Assembly: GCA_963702845.1 (NCBI GenBank)
Contig: OY969763.1
Span: forward strand, 2,880,001 to 2,944,000
DNA from: an uncultured Verrucomicrobiae bacterium
GTDB taxonomy: Bacteria; Verrucomicrobiota; Verrucomicrobiia; Limisphaerales; Palsa-1400
Length of the DNA: 64,000 nt
Direction of reading: 5' to 3'
The notes below the pieces were generated by a model that saw only the letters and a program-made list of their open reading frames with translations, was not told where the DNA came from and ran no database searches. This document shows, piece after piece, positions 53,131 to 64,000 of this stretch; positions within the stretch are counted from its first letter, which is position 1; every line of letters starts with the position of its first letter. A program made the position numbers and the translations under genes.

Positions 53131-54747
53131 ATGGATAAGATTGCAGACGAAATTTTAAGGCGGCGAACATTTGCGATCATTTCGCATCCCGACGCCGGCA
53201 AGACGACGCTCACGGAAAAGTTCCTTCTCTACGGCGGCGCAGTGCATTTGGCCGGATCAGTTACGGCTCGCAGGAATCAACAGGCCACCACTTCGGATTG
53301 GATGGAATTGGAGCGGCAGCGCGGCATTTCGGTGAGCTCGACCGTCTTGCAGTTCAACTATCAAGATTACGTCGTCAACCTGCTCGACACCCCCGGCCAC
53401 AAAGATTTTTCCGAAGATACCTATCGAGTCCTCACTGCCGTGGACGCCGCGGTCATGGTGATTGACGCGGGTAAAGGTATCGAAACGCAGACGCGCAAGT
53501 TGTTTGAAGTTTGCCGCCAACGCGGCATTCCGATTTTCACCTTCATGAACAAGCTGGATCGTCCGGCGAAAGATCGGTTGTCGCTGTTGGATGAGCTGGA
53601 ACGCGTGCTCGGCATTCACGCTTATCCCATCAACTGGCCACTCGGCGATGGACACGAATTTCGTGGCGTCTTCGATCGGCAAGCCAAACAGGTCCATTTC
53701 TTCGAGCGCGTGGTCGGTGGTTCATATCAAGCGCCAGTTTCGGTGCATGATTTGTCGGAACCGGCGGTGCGCGAGCATATGGCCCCGGACGTTTATGCGC
53801 GGGTGGTAGACGAGTTGGGAATGCTCGATGGCGCGGGCGCATTTTTTGATCGCGACAAGGTTTTGTCGGGCGAATTGACGCCGGTGTTCTTTGGCAGCGC
53901 CGTGAACAACTTTGGCGTTCAACTGCTGCTGGACGGATTCTTGAACCTCGCTCCGGCACCGCAACCACGTTCCATCCAGGGAAAAGAAATTGATCCCGCC
54001 AAAGACCCTTTCTCCGGCTTTGTTTTTAAGATCCAGGCGAACATGGATCCTAGGCATCGGGATCGGTTGGCATTTATTCGGATTTGCTCGGGACGCTTCG
54101 AACGCGACATGACGGTGACGCATACGCGAACGGGAAAGAAAGTTCGCCTGGCCAGTTCCCACAAATTGTTCGGACGAGAGCGGGACACGGTGGATGAAGC
54201 GTATGCCGGGGACGTGATTGGTTTGGTTGGTCATTCGGAATTCCGGATTGGCGACACGCTTTCGAGTGAGCCTTCGCTTGCCTACGATGAAATTCCGCAG
54301 TTCACCCCAGAGTGTTTTGCCTGGTTGCACAGCTCAAGCACAGCGCAGTTCAAAAGGTTTCGCGAAGGACTGGATCAGTTGTTGCAGGAAGGCGTGGTGC
54401 AATCGTTTTTCCTAAAGGATTCGGCGCAACGCGTTCCGTTGCTGGCCGCAGTCGGGCCCTTGCAATTCGACGTGGTGCAGTTCCGTTTGAAAACCGAATA
54501 CGGCGCGGATTCCCGATTGGAAATGGGCTCATGGAAAGCGATTCGCTGGATCACACCGGATTCTCCCGAGGAATTGGCGCAAGCGGTTGTTCCGACGGGC
54601 TGTCGCTGGGCGAACGATACGCACGGTCGAACAGCTTTGCTTTTCACAGCGGAATGGTCTCTAAATTATTTTATCGAAAAGAACCCGCGTTTAACCGCTT
54701 CGCCCTTTCCATCTCCCTCACCCAAACCGGAAAGGGCTGTCAAATAA
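53131..54747 (+). CDS. prfC: Peptide chain release factor 3
   Basis: RRRTFAIISHPDAGKTT, SDWMELERQRGISV, DTPGHKDFSEDTYR, FKIQANMDPRHRDR. Confidence 0.97.
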   Translation: MDKIADEILRRRTFAIISHPDAGKTTLTEKFLLYGGAVHLAGSVTARRNQQATTSDWMELERQRGISVSSTVLQFNYQDYVVNLLDTPGHKDFSEDTYRVLTAVDAAVMVIDAGKGIETQTRKLFEVCRQRGIPIFTFMNKLDRPAKDRLSLLDELERVLGIHAYPINWPLGDGHEFRGVFDRQAKQVHFFERVVGGSYQAPVSVHDLSEPAVREHMAPDVYARVVDELGMLDGAGAFFDRDKVLSGELTPVFFGSAVNNFGVQLLLDGFLNLAPAPQPRSIQGKEIDPAKDPFSGFVFKIQANMDPRHRDRLAFIRICSGRFERDMTVTHTRTGKKVRLASSHKLFGRERDTVDEAYAGDVIGLVGHSEFRIGDTLSSEPSLAYDEIPQFTPECFAWLHSSSTAQFKRFREGLDQLLQEGVVQSFFLKDSAQRVPLLAAVGPLQFDVVQFRLKTEYGADSRLEMGSWKAIRWITPDSPEELAQAVVPTGCRWANDTHGRTALLFTAEWSLNYFIEKNPRLTASPFPSPSPKPERAVK

Positions 54748-54858
54748 TCAGCTTGTTTTCCCGAGTCATCCCGCCTATTCCGAATAGGCGCGCGAATTTT
54801 TTTAATCGAAAATATTGCTCACTGCCGAACGTCGGCCTCGCATTCTAATTCCCGTTCT

Positions 54859-56403
54859 TTACAAGGCCGGCGTCACTGGTTCACGAATGACGTCGGTTTT
54901 TACTTTCCATTTGTTGAAATAAAGATTTTTGCCGTCCACTTCGACTTCGCCTCGTTGAAAATCGGCTGGTTCCGAGCGCATCGATTTTTTGGGCGGGAAA
55001 AGTTCGCGTCCCCAATCGAGGTTCAGAATCATCCGATAGCTGTCCTGGTGGCCGCAGTAAAAATCAGCGATGCGCGGATCATCTGATTTTTTGACGCCGT
55101 AGGAAGCATCGGCAGGCAACCATCCCCACGGTGCGATGTAAATTTCCGCCCAGTCATGCATGCCCCAATCGTCTTTGACGGGTTTGGTTTCGTAACCGCT
55201 TTGCCATCGCGCCGGCACGCCAGCGATACGGCACATGGTGATGAACACGGTGTTTTGAACGCCGCAATCTCCGCGGCGCGCCTCGAAGCCTTTCAACGCG
55301 AACGACGGAATAATGCAGTATTCGTCCTCCGAGTTCCAAGGGATATTTGCGCTCACCCAGCGGAATAACTTGCGCGCCTTTTGCAGCGCGTTGGTTTCAT
55401 TGCCCACGATTGCGGCAACCTGCTTCCGAATTTCTGGCGCGAACACTATATGCGGCGGGCGTTCTCCGAGGTAAGCGCTTTTCCAATCGGCGGGTAAAGG
55501 TTCGACCGCGCCCGGATTAATCTTCGGATAGTATGCGCGAGAAATGAATTCCGCTTCCTCTTGGAACACGAGAGGTTCGGCCGTATTCGTCACAACCTTC
55601 TCGAAATAGACGGACCGCTGCGGTGCGCCTGTCACCGGGTTGCCGTCTTGTGCGGCGGGCGCGATCATTTTCGGAGTGGGCGATGCGCTGAGAAGTTTGA
55701 CATCGCTCTGCTGCCGATAATCCTGCGGGAACGGTAGCCAGACTCGAACAACTGAGCCCGCTTTGATCTCCGGAAGGTTTGGATCGATCGTCAGTGTATG
55801 GGTAAACCGTTGTTTTACCGGCAGAACCTCAACTTGCCCGGTCTTTTCCGCTTCATTGACGATGGCCTGCAAATGATCCGTTAGTTTCCATTTCGGCGCT
55901 TTTTTGCCTTTGCCTGCTTTTGCGAGGCGAGTTTTTGCGGTGGATGAGAAGAGGTAAATGTTCTTCGGTTCGCCACTGAAGAAAAACCGCTGTCCATCAA
56001 TGCGGCGTTCGCGGATTTTACTTTCGCGAATCCACTGATCGAGATCGCGTGCCGAGGCGTCGGGAATGTCCGTCTGAATTTTACGCAGCAGCGCGTCGGG
56101 GCTAAGCGCATATTCCAGACGAGTGCGGCGAATGATTTCGAGTAGTTCCGCTCGTGCCTCGACCTCGCTGGAGTGACCCTTGTCAACCTTAGCTTGGAGG
56201 GCTTTCTCAGCATCACGGAAGCGGCCTTGATCCATCAGTCGTCGCGCCTGGAGGACGGTTTTGTCCTGGCTCGTAAACGCACGCGAAGCAGCGGCCGGTT
56301 CGGAAGGTGCAGAAAAAGAAACAGGCATATCGAACGTGAGCGCTAGAACAATTGAGCAGCCAAGAAGCAATTGGTTTACAAATCCAGCATGGAGATTCCG
56401 CAT
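54859..56403 (-). CDS. Secreted transglutaminase-like domain protein
   Basis: GDCG, GVPARW, HDWAE, WLPADAS (Cys-His-Asp triad); start uncertain (56403 or 56490). Confidence 0.88.
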   Translation of the reverse strand: MRNLHAGFVNQLLLGCSIVLALTFDMPVSFSAPSEPAAASRAFTSQDKTVLQARRLMDQGRFRDAEKALQAKVDKGHSSEVEARAELLEIIRRTRLEYALSPDALLRKIQTDIPDASARDLDQWIRESKIRERRIDGQRFFFSGEPKNIYLFSSTAKTRLAKAGKGKKAPKWKLTDHLQAIVNEAEKTGQVEVLPVKQRFTHTLTIDPNLPEIKAGSVVRVWLPFPQDYRQQSDVKLLSASPTPKMIAPAAQDGNPVTGAPQRSVYFEKVVTNTAEPLVFQEEAEFISRAYYPKINPGAVEPLPADWKSAYLGERPPHIVFAPEIRKQVAAIVGNETNALQKARKLFRWVSANIPWNSEDEYCIIPSFALKGFEARRGDCGVQNTVFITMCRIAGVPARWQSGYETKPVKDDWGMHDWAEIYIAPWGWLPADASYGVKKSDDPRIADFYCGHQDSYRMILNLDWGRELFPPKKSMRSEPADFQRGEVEVDGKNLYFNKWKVKTDVIREPVTPAL

Positions 56404-56825
56404 GGGGATAGGTTGAAAACATCGCAGACAAACAGCAAGCCGAACCGTTAAGGAAAAACGACCGGGTGGTCTGGATGGTTTTGATTTCATTGTGCGGCGT
56501 TCACACAGAAGGACTCGTTTTTCACGCAGAATCAGAGTGTCCCTCTTTGCGGGTAGCCTAAAGCAGAGGCGGCACAAACAATGCTAAGTTCCAGGCAAGT
56601 CGGATGTTCTCTTGACACGAGACACTGCCAAAATGTTTTATTCGGTTGACAATACATAGAGGCACAATGTATAACAGTCCTAACTTAACCCAAGGAATCG
56701 GTCTCTGCATTTACTGGAAATAAATCGACGGCACGGCTGGGCCGTAAGACCCGCCGGATTGCCATAGACGAAAACCAGCATGGGGAACGTCCCTACTACT
56801 GAATTCGGGTACTCATCTAAAACCT

Positions 56826-59800
56826 ATGTTCACAACGAAGTCTCGCGAGATGTTTGGTGTTTTGATTGCTGCTTTTATGTGTTCCGTCGTCGGTCGCGCG
56901 GCGGTGTTGCGTGTACCCGCCGATTTTACCGGCATTCAAAACGCGATTGATAACAGCACAAATGGCGATGTGATTCTCGTCAGTCCTGGCAATTATTTTG
57001 AGAACATCAATTTCAAGGGCAAGGCCATCACCGTCAGTAGCACGAACATTGCAGATCTCAATGTTGCCGGGAGCACCGTTATCCATGGAGTCGGCAAGAC
57101 AAGCGTGGTCACCTTTGCCACCGGGGAAACCTCAAATTCCGTTCTTGCCGGCCTCACGATTACCGGTGGTTTCGGAACGGTAAATGCCAGTTTTGGCACT
57201 AATTTCTATTTCGGCGCGGGTATTTATTGCATTACTTCTTCGCCGTTGATTCTTGGCAATATCATCACGACAAACGTGGCACCGAATGGTGCCGTCAGTG
57301 ATGCTGGATATGGTGGCGCAATCGGCTGCGTCCAGTCCGATGCGATCATCGAACGTAATGTAATCAAAGCAAACAACGGTTACGCAGGAGGCGGGATATT
57401 CACGTATCTCGGCAATGCCAAAATAACGGGCAATTTGATTTACAGCAATTCGGCTGCGATCGGTGGCGGAGCGGCGGTGATATCTGGCGGCAAGCTCATC
57501 AACAACACGTTCGTGGGAAACGCCGCGACCGAAGGTGGAGGAAATGTGTACGCCGATTCGGATGCTAGCGGTCAGAGCATCATCACGGACAATATCATTT
57601 GTAGCGCCACGATGGGCGGAGGCATCTATGTAGACACCCAGGACACGATTACTCAAATGGCTTTCAACGACGTTTGGAACAACACGGATGACGATTATTA
57701 CGCGGCGACAAATCGCACCGGCATCAACGGCAATATTTCCCACGATCCGCTATTTGTTGATGGCGCAAATAATGATTATCATCTTCAGGACAATTCACCC
57801 TGCATCAACGTAGGTGATCCCAACTTCCAGCCGGCTCCCGCTGAACTCGCCTTCTACGGCAACCCCCGCGTCTACGCCAAACGTGTCGACATCGGAGCTG
57901 CTGAATATTTCGACAACTTCAGGCCGCTCGCTGACGCCGGGCCGGATCAAGCACTGACGGTCACCAGTTTACCGGTCGTTGTGTCGTTGGACGGAAGCGC
58001 TTCGAGTGATCCTAACGCTGTGGTTTTATCCTGGCACTGGAGCCAGATTAGCGGTCCCGCCGTGAGTCTCTCGAATAGCAATGCAATAAAACCGACGTTT
58101 AGCGCCTCAACACTGGGGACGTACATCTTCCAACTGGTCGTAAACAACGGCAGCTTCGACAGTTTTTCAGATGCTGTGCAAGTCAGCGTGAAAAACGATC
58201 CTCCGATTGCCGACGCCGGAGATAATCAACTGTATAGCGATCAAACGCCAATTGCATCAATCACATTGGATGGCTCCAGGTCTTCTGATCCTGAGAATGC
58301 ACCGCTAAACTATCACTGGACACAGATAGCTGGTTGGACTGTCCAGTTGACTGATCAAGCCGCCGTGAAACCTGCTTTCGCGAATCCCTGGCCCGGGAGT
58401 TACCTGTTTCAGTTGATTGTTAATGACGGTTTGCAGAACAGCCCGCCAGCTGTCGTGAAGATTGTTATTGGTCCAAATCACGCGCCAGTCGCAAACGCAG
58501 GCCCGTCGCGTTATTTGGTGGCAGGCAGCGTTACCCTGGATGGAACGAAGTCCTACGATCCCGACGGTGTCACGTTGACTTACCAATGGAGACAGACTTC
58601 AGGCCCCGCGGTGACGATCACCGGAACCAATACATCCACTCCGTTGGTCACCGTAACAACAAAATCCTTCGTCACAAAATGTGTATTTGAACTGGTGGTA
58701 AGCGACGGCGCTCTCATCAGTTTGCCGACGAATGTTACTGTGACGATCGTGCCCAACTTTGCCAGCAATGTCCTTGTGCTGAGAAACCCGCCTTTCGATT
58801 CGGCAAAACCTACGATTGTAGCCTTTGACGGAGGCAACTGCAGCACTGGGGTCGGGATGACCTTCGGGGGAGTGTGGTCGCAACAGGCAAACTGGATCAC
58901 AGTGGATAGCTACAGCCCGCCTTATGCCAGATACGGCGATATGCTCGTGGCCTACCTTTCCACTGTCGCGCCTGATTATAAGAAGCCGATCCAGACGATT
59001 GGGTTCAGCACCGGAAACCTGCCCGCCATGGAGGTCGCCCGATACGACAATGCGACCTACGCGGATGCGCGCTATGCCGTAAATCGCGTTTCGTTACTCG
59101 ACGCCGTTTGCAGTAATCTGGGTACCAGCGTTGCGCAATATGATGGCAAACCCATCGCCGGCGAGCAGTGCTGGGTCGACAATTATATCAGCAACGACCC
59201 CGCTCATACGCGGCAGCCGATATTGCCCGGGGCATTCAACATTGTTTGCAATCCAGCTCGCGACCATGCCTACCCGTATCAAAGATATAAAGCTTCGAGC
59301 CTCGACTACACAAACGGTGGCCTTACCGCTTTCGCCTATCTGTCTCTTATTGGGAGTGGAAAGAATTATCAGCTCAATACCGCTTCCCAAAAATATTACT
59401 TCACGATCGATTCAACCGAATCCATCGTGTTTTTCAATCAGTCTTTATACCCTGGAAAAATCCTGGCGCCCGTCCAACTGACCGGTCCACCCGATGGGGC
59501 CATACTTGATAAAAATGGCGCGGTGTTTAGTTGCGGATCGGTCCAAAATTCCGCGCATTATCAGCTGCTCTTCGGTTCCAACCCCGACCGCGTCATGGAC
59601 TACACCGTTATATCCGACACCACCAATCCGCCAACCCAGACCGTCTTAACCCTGCCGTTTACTCAAACTTGGTGGACCGTCAAAGCCTACGACCAATTCG
59701 GGTCAACGATCTATGCAGACCCAAGGCTGATAAAACTGCCTGCGAATCATCCACCGCTTGCGAATGCCGGCACCACCCAGATAGTTCGTGCAGGGCTCGA

Positions 59801-60233
59801 CGGAACAGCAACAATCGTGCTCGACGGTTCAACGTCATCCGACACTGATAGCAATTTGCTTAGCCTTGCCTGGGCCTGGTCGATCGGTGCGGCGACTTAT
59901 CTAACTAACGGAGTGAACCCGCAAATTGCCCTCCCGGTAGGGACGCACACAATTCAACTAATGGTAAATGACGGCCAAACGAATTCCCAACCAGATGCAG
60001 TGGCCATTACAGTGCTCCCCCCTCTCCCGTTGTTGTCTATCGCCCGCTCGGGGACCGACGCGATCCTTTCCTGGAGCACCAACGATGCTGCGTTCCAACT
60101 CCAGTCGACATCAAACTTCGATTCAACAGCCACCTGGTCGAATGTTCCGGGGGCACCGACTATCTCCGGCAACCAGCTTTCCCAGACCGACCCGTTTGAG
60201 GACAAAAAGTTCTACCGCCTGAGCAGCCCTTGA
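56826..60233 (+). CDS. Large secreted protein: right-handed beta-helix, PKD/K319L-like Ig repeats, hydrolase-like central domain, C-terminal FYR domain
   Basis: IQNAID...YFENINF.GKAI; DPLFVD...DYHLQ.NSPCIN.G; ADAGPDQ...LDGS.S.DP repeats; ends KFYRLSSP. Confidence 0.87.
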   Translation: MFTTKSREMFGVLIAAFMCSVVGRAAVLRVPADFTGIQNAIDNSTNGDVILVSPGNYFENINFKGKAITVSSTNIADLNVAGSTVIHGVGKTSVVTFATGETSNSVLAGLTITGGFGTVNASFGTNFYFGAGIYCITSSPLILGNIITTNVAPNGAVSDAGYGGAIGCVQSDAIIERNVIKANNGYAGGGIFTYLGNAKITGNLIYSNSAAIGGGAAVISGGKLINNTFVGNAATEGGGNVYADSDASGQSIITDNIICSATMGGGIYVDTQDTITQMAFNDVWNNTDDDYYAATNRTGINGNISHDPLFVDGANNDYHLQDNSPCINVGDPNFQPAPAELAFYGNPRVYAKRVDIGAAEYFDNFRPLADAGPDQALTVTSLPVVVSLDGSASSDPNAVVLSWHWSQISGPAVSLSNSNAIKPTFSASTLGTYIFQLVVNNGSFDSFSDAVQVSVKNDPPIADAGDNQLYSDQTPIASITLDGSRSSDPENAPLNYHWTQIAGWTVQLTDQAAVKPAFANPWPGSYLFQLIVNDGLQNSPPAVVKIVIGPNHAPVANAGPSRYLVAGSVTLDGTKSYDPDGVTLTYQWRQTSGPAVTITGTNTSTPLVTVTTKSFVTKCVFELVVSDGALISLPTNVTVTIVPNFASNVLVLRNPPFDSAKPTIVAFDGGNCSTGVGMTFGGVWSQQANWITVDSYSPPYARYGDMLVAYLSTVAPDYKKPIQTIGFSTGNLPAMEVARYDNATYADARYAVNRVSLLDAVCSNLGTSVAQYDGKPIAGEQCWVDNYISNDPAHTRQPILPGAFNIVCNPARDHAYPYQRYKASSLDYTNGGLTAFAYLSLIGSGKNYQLNTASQKYYFTIDSTESIVFFNQSLYPGKILAPVQLTGPPDGAILDKNGAVFSCGSVQNSAHYQLLFGSNPDRVMDYTVISDTTNPPTQTVLTLPFTQTWWTVKAYDQFGSTIYADPRLIKLPANHPPLANAGTTQIVRAGLDGTATIVLDGSTSSDTDSNLLSLAWAWSIGAATYLTNGVNPQIALPVGTHTIQLMVNDGQTNSQPDAVAITVLPPLPLLSIARSGTDAILSWSTNDAAFQLQSTSNFDSTATWSNVPGAPTISGNQLSQTDPFEDKKFYRLSSP

Positions 60234-60270
60234 GCGCGGCGACTATCAATGGAGCCGAAAATAGAAACCC

Positions 60271-61002
60271 ATGAGCACAATCTCTGAATTTAAACGCGCC
60301 TTCACGCTTATCGAAATGCTGGTCGTCATCGCGGTTATCGCGATTCTCCTCGCATTATTGCTTCCCGTGCTCAGCAGCGCTAAGGCGAAGGCGAGGCGAA
60401 CGGTTTGTTCGAATAATCTGCGCCAAATCAGCATCGGTTTGCGGCTGTATACCGATGACTTCAGCGATAAAACGCCGCGAACACCAGGAACGACTGCCGC
60501 TCCGGGGCTGAATTGGACCGGCTATAAAAACAGGATGAAACATTATGTTGGCCTCAACGGAACATCATCGCCGCAGGACAAGTTGTTTGCCTGCCCGGCT
60601 GACACTTTCTACTACAACGTGGCTGGCCATTTTGAGTTCGTGCCCAAGGCCTTGCATGACCAAGGGCCGGAGTATTTGAGCTACGCGTTTAATGGTGGAA
60701 ACGCGAGGACGAATTCAAATGCTCCCGGTATCGCTGGACGGTCTCTTGCTTCGATAAAGGATCCAGCCAAAACGGTTCTCGTTGCCGACGGGCCAGCGCT
60801 TATTCCTTACTCCTGGCATGAACCGAAGACGCCGGCCCCCAACGGAGCTCCCATGTTTGATGACGCCAAAAACGTGGTTGGCTTCGTGGATGGTCATGTC
60901 AGCTATATTAAAATTTATTGGGGCGGCAATAATCCTCCTGGATCACTGGCGCTACATCATGATCCGCCTGCCCGATACGATTACAAATGGAGTGGAGATT
61001 AG
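60271..61002 (+). CDS. Prepilin-type/DUF1559-like pseudopilin
   Basis: [23 protein letters not shown]...[23 protein letters not shown]. Confidence 0.92.
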   Translation: MSTISEFKRAFTLIEMLVVIAVIAILLALLLPVLSSAKAKARRTVCSNNLRQISIGLRLYTDDFSDKTPRTPGTTAAPGLNWTGYKNRMKHYVGLNGTSSPQDKLFACPADTFYYNVAGHFEFVPKALHDQGPEYLSYAFNGGNARTNSNAPGIAGRSLASIKDPAKTVLVADGPALIPYSWHEPKTPAPNGAPMFDDAKNVVGFVDGHVSYIKIYWGGNNPPGSLALHHDPPARYDYKWSGD

Positions 61003-61239
61003 AACGGGTGCTCCCCAATTGCGCTTCGCGTATTCAATGAGACTGAGGCTGAAATGGTTTAGGGGCACACCTATAAAAAAGCCCTTGAACTTATTAAAAA
61101 TTTAAATGACCGGAATGACTTTTTATGAAATTTTGTGACTCTATTTGACCCCACCTAATAACAAACACCGAAACAGCGGCCTTGAATCTGCAGGTTGGTA
61201 TCGCATCGCGATACCAAGAGGCGTAGCTGCGGCGTAGAC

Positions 61240-61268
61240 AAAAGGGCCGCTCGCATGGCGAGCGGCCT
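61240..61268 (-). terminator. Intrinsic terminator for cysK
   Basis: GC-rich hairpin GGCCGCTCGC...GCGAGCGGCC preceded by AAAA on the + strand. Confidence 0.75.
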
Positions 61269-61299
61269 CACAAAGCATCAATAATTTCCAACGAATTAA

Positions 61300-62283
61300 T
61301 CAACCTCCGACTTCAGCGCGCGCTTCCGCGGCCAAAGGTGTGCTGAGGTAACGTTCGCCGGTCGAGCAGGCAATCGTCACGATGGTCTTGCCCTTATTTT
61401 GTGGGCGCTTAGCAACTTCGATCGCAGCGACGACGTTGGCACCGGTGGAGATACCAACCAAAATTCCTTCTTCCTTGGCCAGACGGCGAGCCATCGCAAA
61501 TGCATCGTCGTTTGTCACCTCGACACACTCGGTAATCTGCGCGTTGCCCTTGCTGTCTTTGAGGTGAAGATTTTTCGGGATAAAACCAGCGCCCGTGCCT
61601 TGAATTTTGTGTGGACCAGGCTTGAGAGGCTGACCAGCGAGGGTTTGCGAAATGACCGGCGAATCTTTCGGTTCGACAGCAATGGCTTCGAACGATGGCT
61701 TGCGCGGTTTAATCACTTCAACGCAACCGGTGATGGTTCCGCCGGTTCCGACGGCCGAGATAAGAATATCCACTTTGCCATCAGTGTCGGCCCAAATTTC
61801 TTCCGCCGTTGTACGCATGTGCACGGCTGGATTAGCAGGATTGTCGAACTGCTGCGGTATCCAGGCGCCTGGGGTTTCTTTCGCAATTTGTTCCGCGCGC
61901 GCAATGGCGCCCTTCATGCCTTCGCTGCCCGGAGTCAGGACAACTTTTGCACCGAGCATTGCCAGCAATGTGCGGCGTTCCAGCGACATCGTTTCGGGCA
62001 TCGTCAGGATAAGCTTGTAACCTTTGGCGGCGGCGACAAATGCCAGAGCAATGCCTGTGTTGCCGCTGGTCGGCTCGATGATCACGGTGTCTTTTTTAAG
62101 AATTCCTTGCTTTTCAGCGTCTTCAATCATGGCCATGCCGATACGGTCTTTGACGCTGCCCAGCGGGTTGAAGAATTCGCACTTCAGCAGAATATTGGCA
62201 TCAACGCCAGCGGTGACTTTGTTTAGACGGACCAGCGGCGTGTGTCCGACAGTTTCTACGATGTTATTGAAAATACGTGCCAT
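61300..62283 (-). CDS. cysK: Cysteine synthase A
   Basis: [37 protein letters not shown]. Confidence 0.96.
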   Translation of the reverse strand: MARIFNNIVETVGHTPLVRLNKVTAGVDANILLKCEFFNPLGSVKDRIGMAMIEDAEKQGILKKDTVIIEPTSGNTGIALAFVAAAKGYKLILTMPETMSLERRTLLAMLGAKVVLTPGSEGMKGAIARAEQIAKETPGAWIPQQFDNPANPAVHMRTTAEEIWADTDGKVDILISAVGTGGTITGCVEVIKPRKPSFEAIAVEPKDSPVISQTLAGQPLKPGPHKIQGTGAGFIPKNLHLKDSKGNAQITECVEVTNDDAFAMARRLAKEEGILVGISTGANVVAAIEVAKRPQNKGKTIVTIACSTGERYLSTPLAAEARAEVGG

Positions 62284-62424
62284 AAAAAGATTGGTATTTG
62301 TAGCAATTCAATCTTGTCCCATTCACGTGACAGGGCAAGCGATATTTTGCATGAGAAAGGAACAAGACTTGCGTCACGCAACATTAATTGTTTAATTCCC
62401 GCACGACAGGTTGTTAGAATACTT

Positions 62425-63099
62425 ATGGCTACAACATTCAAGTCAAAATCTCCCCAGACCCGAATCTTTCTGGTCGAGGACCACGCAATGGTTCGCGAAG
62501 GCCTCGCCGACGCTATCAAACGCGAATCCGACCTAACGGTTTGCGGTGAGGCGGACGACGCTGGCAAAGCTGGACAAATGATCCAGACGGCCAAACCTGA
62601 TTTGGCAATTGTCGATCTTGGCCTGAAAAATTCCAACGGCCTCGACCTGATAAAGAACCTTCACGTGCAGAATCCGAATCTTCCGATTCTCGTTGTTTCG
62701 ATGTACGAGGAATCTATTTATGGCGAACGCGCGATGCGTGCAGGGGCCAAAGGATTTATTACGAAGCAGGAAGCAATTCAGGATGTGCTGAAAGCAATCC
62801 GCCAGATTCTTGCCGGTGAAATTTATCTCAGCGAAAAATTAAAGACCCAAATCGCGAGAAAAATCGTGGGCCATGGCGTCGGCGAACCGCGCCCAACCGA
62901 TAAATTGTCCGATCGCGAACTCCAGATCCTGACCTTCATCGGAGAAGGTCGCAGCGCCCGGCAAATGGCGGAATCCCTCCATCTTGATATCAGCACCGTC
63001 GAAACCTACCGGTCCCGCATCAAAGAAAAACTTGGGTTCAGCGATACAAATGAGCTTTTGCAATATGCAATCCGCTGGCGTCAGGGCCAAGGGACCTAG
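62425..63099 (+). CDS. NarL/LuxR-family response regulator (orphan)
   Basis: LVEDH, IVDLGL, VVSMY, FITKQ, LSDRELQIL...STVETYRSRIKEKL. Confidence 0.93.
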   Translation: MATTFKSKSPQTRIFLVEDHAMVREGLADAIKRESDLTVCGEADDAGKAGQMIQTAKPDLAIVDLGLKNSNGLDLIKNLHVQNPNLPILVVSMYEESIYGERAMRAGAKGFITKQEAIQDVLKAIRQILAGEIYLSEKLKTQIARKIVGHGVGEPRPTDKLSDRELQILTFIGEGRSARQMAESLHLDISTVETYRSRIKEKLGFSDTNELLQYAIRWRQGQGT

Positions 63100-63383
63100 G
63101 GGCTCTGTAGGGCCCGCCCTCACATATGCGTAAATTCACGTGTGACAACACGTTGCCGACACAGCTTGACAGACAAATTACCGACTTTTTGCAATATTGA
63201 TGCGGCTACCGATGGCAGGGGCACCGAACCACGCCAGCATTAAACAATGGGGACTGGGCACATGGATTAATTTGTTATGCAGGCTATTCGATCATGCCAT
63301 CGGTTCCTTTTTGTACAGATACTCCCCTGCTCCGCTGAACCATTTCCTTGCGCACCCGCTCAATTTCTGGACGAATAGCCAAC

Positions 63384-64000
63384 GTGAAGTTTGCAATCTG
63401 TAACGAAATTTTTTCTGATTGGAATTTGCAGGATGCATTGGGGTTTGCGCAGAAGACCGGTTATCAGGGAATTGAAATTGCGCCTTACACAATTGCTTCT
63501 GCCGTTACCCAGGTTTCAGCCACTGAGCGCTCTCAAATCCAAAAACTAGCCGCTCGCGTCGGCATTGAAATCTGCGGGATTCATTGGGTGCTCATCGGTG
63601 TTGAAGGATTGTATCTGAACCATCCAAACACTCCGGTTCAAAACCGCACGAGGCAATATCTCTGTGACCTTGTGAATTTTTGCGCAGACATTGGTGGAAA
63701 AACTATGGTGGTTGGCTCGCCCAAACAGCGCAACGTCATGCAGGAAGTCAGTTCGGCGCGAGCCTGGGCCATTGCCACCGACACCTTCCGCGATGCTGTC
63801 AAGACAGCCGAAGATCGGGGTGTAACTATTTGCATCGAACCACTCGCTCCCACAGAAACCAACTTCATCAATACCGCGTACGAAGCAGTCGAGTTTGCGC
63901 AACAATTCAAAAGCCCGGCAATGAAGATTATCCTCGATGTCAAAGCGATGTGTTCGGAACAAATCTCAATTCCGCAAATCATTCACGAATCGACGCCGCA
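63384..64000 (+). CDS. Sugar phosphate isomerase/epimerase (D-tagatose 3-epimerase-like TIM barrel), runs off window end
   Basis: Not in the ORF track. GTG start, MKFAICNEIF...GYQGIEIAPYT...GIHW...GSPKQR...IEPLAPTETNFINT...ILDVKAM. Confidence 0.9.
   Translation, partial: MKFAICNEIFSDWNLQDALGFAQKTGYQGIEIAPYTIASAVTQVSATERSQIQKLAARVGIEICGIHWVLIGVEGLYLNHPNTPVQNRTRQYLCDLVNFCADIGGKTMVVGSPKQRNVMQEVSSARAWAIATDTFRDAVKTAEDRGVTICIEPLAPTETNFINTAYEAVEFAQQFKSPAMKIILDVKAMCSEQISIPQIIHESTP

Noticed and set aside
56700..56765. Definite c-di-GMP-I riboswitch
   Set aside because: Only the 3' end resembles it; the conserved GGCAAA and GACGCAAA elements are absent.

Overview
Bacterial chromosomal window, most consistent with Verrucomicrobiota subdivision 3 (Pedosphaera/Limisphaera-like). 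The basis is GloVer-repeat, TIGR02597-like and DUF1559-type pseudopilin proteins, C-terminally extended ECF sigma factors, and secreted proteins ending in an F[YF]R-type domain. Many genes, including the essential rpoD, carry single-base indels, so the assembly looks like unpolished long reads and I treat most frameshifts as errors. Housekeeping genes (rpoD, prfC, cysK, moeB) are interspersed with large secreted multidomain proteins. The most notable observations are: (1) two distant, repeat-rich loci (about 2.2-2.7 kb and 44.1-45.5 kb) share an identical 34-bp palindromic operator/promoter, a TGTCCAA-N10-TAnnnT motif occurs three times, and both loci carry 10-bp-period repeat arrays next to A/T tracts, one of them inside an orphan terminase-small-subunit-like gene; (2) an AT-richer island with a TIR-STAND-TPR gene divergent from a 2TM-TPR gene, a candidate anti-phage system; (3) a duplicated module of a membrane-anchored ECF sigma plus a pseudopilin with a conserved upstream motif, one copy wedged between two truncated genes; (4) a lipoprotein broad-spectrum amino-acid racemase of the Pseudomonas/Vibrio type; (5) an unrecognised domain of about 270 aa shared by two surface proteins. 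I found no rRNA, tRNA, CRISPR array, integrase or transposase. All family assignments come from motif recognition by eye; no database searches were run.
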